A stretch of 64,000 bases of DNA. Source: Octopus vulgaris. Its lineage: Eukaryota. Each line of letters opens with the position of its first letter. The stretch's first letter is position 1. Below the pieces are notes generated by a model. The model had not been told where the DNA came from. It did not search any database and saw nothing but the letters and a program-made list of their open reading frames with translations. Where the stretch lies: positions 29,636,001 through 29,700,000 of the forward strand of contig OX597815.1 in the NCBI GenBank assembly GCA_951406725.2, read 5' to 3'. The position numbers and the translations under genes were made by a program. Shown piece after piece: positions 55,538 to 64,000 of this stretch.

Positions 55538-56040
55538 CTCGAGTCTATCGTGAATATTGCCCTGCCACCTTCTTTTAACCGCGAAGGCAAGGCAGTGTTC
55601 ATTGTACTAGTGGCTATGGTGAAAGAATGTGTGTAGTAGACTCGAGCGAAAGGTCTAGAGACAAACACTTTCCTCTCTGGTCAATCGCTCATCAACTTTT
55701 TCAAGTTCCACTTGAAAAGGAAGGTGAGAATAGAGAGGCATGTTTTGTCTCGTGAAAGTTTCAATAAAAGGTGGGTGAATGTAGCAAAGATGGTACACGC
55801 GAATGACGAAACCACTTTGAGCATGATCCTGTAAATCGAAGGTGCCTGAGGTTACCGTGGTCTTTACCGTAAGATTTTCTTTCCACGGATAAACCTAATC
55901 TGTTTTTTACATTTGTGATATTTTCTGTGATGCACGATCGCTTTTGATCGATTTTCTTTTACGCGATCCCTTTTGATCGGAATTTTATTTTTTCGAAAAG
56001 AAAAGCTCTACATTGTATTTTGTGTGTGGCTAATAAAGAA
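55538..56040 (+). mobile_element. 3' end of a Tx1/L1-like LINE
   Basis: VFIVLVAMVKECV**TR...ESFNKRWVN C-terminus, T-rich 3' UTR ending aataaagaaa. Confidence 0.6.
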
Positions 56041-56042
56041 AC

Positions 56043-56074
<32 letters not shown>

Positions 56075-56075
56075 G

Positions 56076-56213
<138 letters not shown>

Positions 56214-56279
56214 TCCATATGTCTGTCTGTCTGTCTGTCTGCCTGCCTGCCGGTCTGTCTGCCTGTCTGCCGGTCTGTT

Positions 56280-56340
<61 letters not shown>

Positions 56341-56516
56341 GACCGTCTATCTGTCTATCTATCTATCGAAATTGTTTTTATGTTCAGTTGTAATAAAAGC
56401 AATTTTACATTAATCTGATGGGTTACTCCATCCGTTTGTAGAGTACAAACTTACACACCCAAAGATGATTTTAATCAACTGAGTCTATATAAAGGCATGA
56501 CTAACTGTAAAGCATC

Positions 56517-56561
56517 GCAGTCCGACGATAGCTTAGGTGGCCGAAACTTCGAAGCCATTGT
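56517..56561 (+). ncRNA. Degenerate hammerhead motif (CCGACGA variant)
   Basis: gcagt CCGACGA tagcttaggtggcc GAAA cttcgaag CC attgt; the related copy at 28811 keeps GTC. Confidence 0.45.
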
Positions 56562-56589
56562 CAACAACGTTCTTGTATAAGAATAGTAT

Positions 56590-57065
<476 letters not shown>

Positions 57066-58027
57066 CGTAATAGTCAAAAGAAGATCAAAGCGTCTGTTAC
57101 TCAATAGAGTGCTCAATAGATAATATAGCTCATTTCGCGTTAATTAAGGAAATAATATTACGAACAACAGTACAGTTATTTCAACGTATTAAACCTGATC
57201 AAAGATAAAATGGCATGCATTGAAATAACTGTACTGTTGTAAGGCGTTATGTGTATGCATGTATGTATGTATGTATGTATGTATGTATGTATGTATGTAT
57301 GTGCGTGTATTTGTATGTATTTCTCATTAATTTTTAATCATACCTCAGATTGGTGGACAATCGTTATAGCAGTGCATAATATTCCTTTTCTGATTGATGG
57401 AATTCTAGTTTGTTTATGTATGCTGATGTGATTACCGCAACATTCCATTTACAGCGCGAGCTTTAATCATTTCAAAGTATATTCGCTTCATCATGCGGGA
57501 TTTTTATGCGTCTAATTGGAATACTCGCGATTTTATTATTTTTATTATTTGATTAACTTCAGAGATCAATATTTACAGTGGTGTCGTGACTTGGAGTTAC
57601 AGTGCAGTATTGAGACATACTAACTTTAACCCACGTTTGCTTAACGTAAATGACATTTTATATACAACTTGTCATTGTCCAGAGGCGTATTTTTCTTATC
57701 TTGTATTGTAGTAAATAGTTGTTCCATTTCCTGGAAAGTGAAAAACGTATTTATTTGTTCGATATTTTGCCCATAGGTACACACACAATACACACACACA
57801 CACAACACACACGTACACACACACACACACATCTTGCCAAATTTCATTTCTATCTTTATCACTACTTGCACTTGGCATCGCAAATGTTACAGTTTGGCTT
57901 AGAGTGATCATGTAAAGCGTGTGCACACTAAAACACCTTAACGTCTACTACAAGACTCGACGAGAACTAAATGGATAAGATTGTCTAATTTTGTCAGCGA
58001 CTAATGTTATTGCTTTAGGTTACACTG

Positions 58028-58323
58028 TCAACTCGAATAATATGTCAATGGTATTCTATACTGCTGGATATTAGAACTTCGATAAGTTTTGGCGAATCTA
58101 GTTAAGTCTGAACAAACAATTTCCATAACAATTCCCATAATTTGATCTCTGTCTTGTGGATCAACACCATATCTCAATATCTGCGCTTGATAGAGTTTAA
58201 TGTTCCCTCCAGTATAGAGTTTATTTTCAGAGTTAAGGCCAAGACAAATTTGTTCCGTTTCGAATAGTGTCGCATTTAGTTCTATGCACTTAACGTAAGT
58301 AGTATCTTGATATTTTCGGACAC
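58028..58323 (-). CDS. EVC2: Upstream exon resembling the EVC2 extracellular domain; frame ends in TGA, donor unclear
   Basis: tttgcag acceptor; only one frame open for ~98 codons; TTYVKCIELNATLFETEQICLGLN resembles recalled EVC2 VIFQKCALVSGSSEAQTARIWLLVN. Confidence 0.55.
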
Positions 58324-58969
58324 CTGCAAACAATACAATTTACATTTTGCACACCTGACTACAAAAAGGGACAAAGGGGACATTTTATCTGCACCATTAG
58401 CAGATATTTTATTGGTGTGGAGTCTCTACTCTTGTTTGTTCCTGGCTTACAAAGATATTTTCTTTAAAAGCAGACTAGGATGCAGAGGCCGTTGCTCTCA
58501 TAAAGATTGTTCATATTTTATATCGACAATAATTTATCTTCATGCATTTCTAAGTTATTTTTTATCAGTATTTTTGCAGAGCAGAGAATATGTATGAAAA
58601 GTTGAATTTTACCAGTTTTCTCTCGAGCAATTATGACTGTTTCACATATTTTATCAGTAAATCCAGCCACACCAAATAACAGACGATAGAAAATGGCTCT
58701 CTATTTTCAGTGTCTGGAATGTGCTTAAAATAAGTTAAGTTGAATAGTCATTGGGTCTCTACTGAAAAAAACCTAACGTTGGTTATCCACACATAGACTC
58801 AGACTTACACACATCCGCACACACACATATACACATATACACATTCGCACTTACATAATATTCACACACGCAATCATAGACTTAAAATCTAAGTTATATA
58901 CAAAGAGCCGTCTAAAACCACTGAAATTAATACATTTTATTATGCTCTTTTATATATTTAAATTATTCC

Positions 58970-59285
58970 AGAGAACCACAAGTTTTCGGGTTCATTCTCG
59001 CTGCGCGGTACCTTGGGCATGTGTCTTCTACTGTAGCCTCGGGTCGACCAAAGCCTCCTGAGTCGATTTGGTAGATGGAAACGGAAAGGAGCCCGTCGTA
59101 TATGTATATACAAATGTGAGAATGTGATTCTTTGTGTCTGTGTTTCTCCCCGCCCACAAGCGCTTGACAACCGGAGTTTGGTGGATTTATGTCCTCATAA
59201 CTTAGATATTCGGCAAAAACGACCAAAATTCTTCAGATCGGTGCTCCAATATGGTCGATTTCTAATGATTGAAACAAGTAAAAGA
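58970..59285 (+). mobile_element. Degenerate SINE family B
   Basis: ccttgggcatgtgtcttctactgtagcctcggg...gaaacaagtaaaag. Confidence 0.7.
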
Positions 59286-59362
59286 TATAGTATATATATA
59301 TATATATCAACTGGCATGCATACATACACACTCACACACGCACACACACACGTATATATATG

Positions 59363-59407
<45 letters not shown>

Positions 59408-59412
59408 GTATG

Positions 59413-59480
<68 letters not shown>

Positions 59481-59564
59481 AAAAATAAGAAAATGGACAC
59501 AAAATTAATAATTGATAAACATCAATTATTATTTATTGATTACAAAAAAAAAAGACAATATCTC

Positions 59565-59690
59565 ATCTAACAGCTGTTTCCGTTCGCGCTATTTAGGGCA
59601 TAATCAGGCTTAATTGTTACAATAATAATAATTATACCAACTTAACCGTTAATAATTATACCAACTTAAATAGTGAAACTTTATCAGAGG
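59565..59690 (-). ncRNA. Degenerate type I hammerhead motif
   Basis: CTGATAA a-gtttcactattta...taaatagcgcgaac-g GAAAC agct GTT ag; long stem II, palindromic stem III, weak stem I. Confidence 0.45.
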
Positions 59691-60120
59691 GGAAAAATAA
59701 AGAAAAAGAAAGAAAAAGAAAGAGAAAAAGAGAAAATAAGAATATACTCGTTGAGGTTACACGTTATCCCTCTGAAAACTTTTCGACCGACTGAAAAATT
59801 TAATTACATAATTAGAATAATTATAATAATTCGTTGTACATGCCTATTTACGAGTGGGGTAGGGATGGCATTGGAAGGTTACTACCGGCGAAAGTTGATT
59901 ATATAATATTACTGGAGTATTTTGGCTAGGTCAGAAAGTAAAAATATCAGGAGTTAAAGAATTTAATATGATAACAGTTAACCATCAGTTATCTATCGAT
60001 AATTTCCTAATCGATTAGCATAATTAAATTAGATGAGGAGCATTTCAAAGCCGTAAAAATAAATTAATTAATCTGAGAGGCAAAATATTTCTATTTTACG
60101 CCGGTGATAATAGGAGCAGT

Positions 60121-60564
60121 GGATCTTTTCGGTTTGAACGGCAGTTTTTAACATAATTTCTAGGTAAATAAAAAATTTTAAACTTCGTATACTGGTAGAA
60201 TGTGTTTATAAAACATCTTTTTTCTTGGCTTTATTGAGAAAATTCTATGGTTTGTAAGATATTTGTTGTTTTTTTTCTTCAATTTCTGCAATTTCAACCA
60301 ATCACTGACGTCTATTGGGGTAAAAAACATTCTGTACCGTATGAATATGTCCCTCGTTAAAGAAACAGACTGGGTATATTTACATTTGTGAAGAAAAAGG
60401 ATACACTTCCCCCCACCCCTAACCCTAAACCTTAACCATAGCCCTAACTAATCCTAACCCTAAAACAGATTGAAATGCAATAGATCGATACTATGGTCAT
60501 AATTATGGGTGACAATTTCATATGACACCGCTAGAAAAAACTGCCGTTCAAACCGAAAAAATCC
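60121..60564. mobile_element. Non-autonomous DNA transposon (Merlin-like MITE) with internal telomere-like repeats
   Basis: ~29-bp TIRs ggatcttttcggtttgaacggcagttttt; exact 8-bp TSD ggagcagt (60113-60120, 60565-60572); degenerate (CCCTAA)n at 60415-60465. Confidence 0.85.
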
Positions 60565-61400
60565 GGAGCAGTCAAGACTTATCATACAATTCTACAAAAC
60601 ATAGACATAAAAATTGGTGTAATTAACTGCCGGACACTGCTACATAACATAAATCAAGATTATTACCAAAAATATCAATAATTTAATATATGCTTACTTC
60701 GTAGTCTAGGTAAAAACATGCTGTACTACCCCAATTCTGAAGTAGGAAGGGTCTGACCAGTTAAGAGGAGACTATTGGTCAGTTAATTTCAAAAACAAAA
60801 GAATGGTTATTTTAAGTAAAAACCGTTGATCGAATGAGCGGAAATAGGTAACTAAGGAATATTTGTTGTAAGGTGTAATAAAGTTACTTATATCAATGCA
60901 GACTGAACCCTCTATATATACTAGAAAACAGAGGGATAATTAATGATTAAGGGTGGGCAATTATGGATTTTTCAAGAAATGTTTCTAAGCTTATGTATAT
61001 ATTTCTCAAGTGGTTAAGAAGATTTAACAAGTATTATTTATGCGTTGTATTATATAATATGTATGTACTGATGGGCGGGCTATATCTCTATCTTCACATA
61101 TATAGCTACAATAGGAACACTTATATCTATCTTAATTATATAAATGTATACTTTTATTATATAATATATATTTTTATGTAAATAATAATAAAGTAAAATG
61201 GATTATATAGTTTTTTTATATAGATAAACTTCGGTTTATTCCTTTCCTTACCTATCATTTATGAGAATTAATACTAATATTCATAATCATATATAGGTAA
61301 TACACCAGTAATTCATTAGATATAAATATCCTTTAGACGGTTTTTATAACCTCTAACTGAACTTATACATATATATACATACTCAAACACACACACACAA

Positions 61401-61471
<71 letters not shown>

Positions 61472-61753
61472 AAATACAAAATGGGACAAGAACGCAAAAA
61501 ATGGGGCAACAAAACATCCAGATAGACGATACAAAGGAAACAAGGACGGGTCATTCGAAGTTTTTTTCCTCAGTCAAGTACCAGATTATCTTCGCAATTA
61601 TACTTGAGATTGCTCCAATCTGGCCAGCCCCAAGGAAAAACTAAGCTAAGAGCATTAGATTCCTTGGAAGAAAGCAGCAAATGTATACAAAAACAAGGAC
61701 GCAAAAAACGGACAATGTTACACAAATACAATAAAATAATAACAAGACATAAC

Positions 61754-61792
<39 letters not shown>

Positions 61793-61857
61793 TATACATA
61801 GGCGGAACTATTGAACAATGAAAATTAGTGCTGAACACTGCATTGGTGGATAACGAT

Positions 61858-62066
61858 TCTTTATTTGTGGATTAAGGCTACCATTGGTTTCCTGTTAAGG
61901 GTTGTCCCTCAACAATTACCAACCCTATCATGTGGAACATTGGTGTGCCTCTCTATTTTGGGATTCAAAATAGAGACGAACACTGATGTTCCATGTGACA
62001 AGTTTGATAATTGTTGATGGCGTCCTTAACACGAAACCAATGGTAGCCTTAATCTACAAATAAAGT
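61858..62066. repeat. Diverged fold-back palindrome (~100-bp arms) with GAAACcaatgGTA hammerhead half-sites
   Basis: ctttatttgtggattaaggctaccattggtttc ... gaaaccaatggtagccttaatctacaaataaag. Confidence 0.75.
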
Positions 62067-62607
62067 ACACACATACACATGTATATATATATATATATAT
62101 ATGATGTATGCATGTTACAATAACTCTACTACAGTACAATTTTTAATATTTTCTAGGTTAATTAAGAACTGGTTAGGAGAAATGAGGAAGAATATAATAC
62201 ATGCAAAATAGACGATGTTTGATAAAAAATAAATGTTATTCGGTCATTTACTTTATTTATCTATTCTTGGACGGTAGGTTGAAACTTAGGGGAGAATTAG
62301 TCACTGCTATGTCTAGCAGGTTGAGTGACTTTGTAAACTTTCTTGCTGGTTCGAGGTGATAGAAAGGTAAGGAAACGATAGTAAAAGAAAGAGTAGAGAG
62401 AAAAAGACGGATAAGAAGAAAAACAGTTGGTAAGGGAAGAAGTGGAGGGGTTAATGATATATCGCATTTTTATATTCAAGTTGATTAATTTGTTTTATAA
62501 TTTTCTTAGTTCAGTCAAGTAAAAAGGAGACTGCGTTAAAATTTTATTGTTTTATTTTCTGAAGGTGAAAGAATGAGGAAAAGGTAAAATAAAATTGCAT
62601 CGTTTTC

Positions 62608-62737
<130 letters not shown>

Positions 62738-62931
62738 CGTTGGGCGGGAAGAAGACAATGAGAGTGGTAAAAAGAAGAGAGTTTAAATTGAAATAAAATA
62801 GGTGTGTGGCATGGCTGTATGTACCATGCTATCGCTAATCGTTTTAGATATTTATGTAATCGTGAGCAGATATAGACACCATTCTTGGTTATCTCATCAT
62901 TCAGTTAGCGGACCATCGAGTTTACGACAAC

Positions 62932-62984
<53 letters not shown>

Positions 62985-63390
62985 AGAGAGAAAGAGGTGG
63001 GTTCCACATTAGCACTCAGTATGTGCTCCTGTCAGCTTACTAGAATAGAACACGAAATAAAGCGCGTGAATCAAAAACACAATGCACCGCCCAATCCAGG
63101 ATTCGAACATACGACTTACTAATCATAAGTCAAACACCCTAACCTCTAGGCTTAACTAGATATGAATCATACTTCTTTCCTACTTTACTCTTGCTCTCTC
63201 CTCTTTTTCTGAAAACGAAACAATACAATTTTATTACTTTTACGTTTTGAAAATGAACTTCTACAATTGTTTTTAATTAATTATATTAACTTTGATTAAT
63301 TTATTTTAATGTCATAATTGAACGAACGATTTACACTTCAAAAATGTTTGCATTTTTATATATTTCTAAAATAAGTCTGGTTTCTGAATA

Positions 63391-63558
63391 GAGGCGCAGG
63401 CGTGGTTGTGCGGTTAAGAAGCTCGCTTCGCAATCATGTAGTTTCGGGTTCAGTCTCACTGCTCGGGCACCTTGGGCAAGTGCCTTCTACTATGGTCCCG
63501 GAGCGACTAATGTCTTATGAGTGAATTTGGTAGACGGAAACTGTATGGAAGCCCGTCG

Positions 63559-63560
<2 letters not shown>
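63391..63560 (+). mobile_element. SINE family B 5' half
   Basis: ggcgcaggcgtggttgtgcggttaag head. Confidence 0.75.
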
Positions 63561-63629
<69 letters not shown>

Positions 63630-64000
63630 GTCCCGACCCTACCATCACCTAACTGGAACGCATACTCTTCCACTTTTTGTGGGAGGAAAACGTTCCGATG
63701 TTTAGGCGATCCATTTGCTGTCAACACCCGCTAAATGGAGGGCTGGCATGCTGTGGTTGATGATGCGCAGACATGCGCTGAGACTGCGACATCTCCGGCG
63801 CGTCATAGACGACGGTGAACGGGTGTGGTCACCGTTTGTGAGGCGCTCTTTCCCGCAGCTCGTCTCTTTGGTCGAACTACAGTCATGTATCAAACAGAGA
63901 CTGAAGCTAGGCGAATGGCACCGCGAGTGCCGCCTTGCTCTTAAGCAACTCTGCTGTCCGGGACCAAACTTGTGCGACTTCAATCATGAAGGTGTTCTAT
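63630..64000 (+). mobile_element. 5'-truncated Tx1/L1-like LINE ORF2 fragment, runs off the window
   Basis: LERILFHFLW..VPMFRRSICCQHPLNGGL(G)M motif with frameshift; abrupt GC-rich start after (ATCT)n. Confidence 0.75.

Noticed and set aside
57641-57730. Candidate exon EMEQLFTTIQDKKNTPLDNDK
   Set aside because: Good acceptor but no credible donor before the stop and no recognisable homology
63702-63983. Minus-strand 93-aa ORF
   Set aside because: Antisense shadow of the plus-strand Tx1-like fragment

Overview
AT-rich, microsatellite-dense animal genomic DNA. The SINE families and repeat landscape look like an octopus/cephalopod (inference). One large minus-strand gene spans the window. I traced 14 phase-compatible GT-AG exons by hand (44994 down to 270) encoding a long coiled-coil protein that aligns by eye with EVC2/limbin. 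An upstream exon at 58323-58028 resembles the EVC2 extracellular domain but ends in an in-frame TGA. The introns are filled with tRNA-derived SINEs, mariner/Tc1 relics, a probable Merlin-type MITE, R4/Dong-type elements inserted in (TAA)n, Tx1/RTE fragments and Penelope-like element (PLE) relics. The most striking unannotated layer is about ten type I hammerhead-ribozyme-like motifs of several unrelated sequences, many inside long fold-back palindromes. Several palindrome axes fall in or next to the ribozyme core. All homology calls are from recalled motifs; no database search or folding was run. Almost all listed ORFs are microsatellite artefacts.
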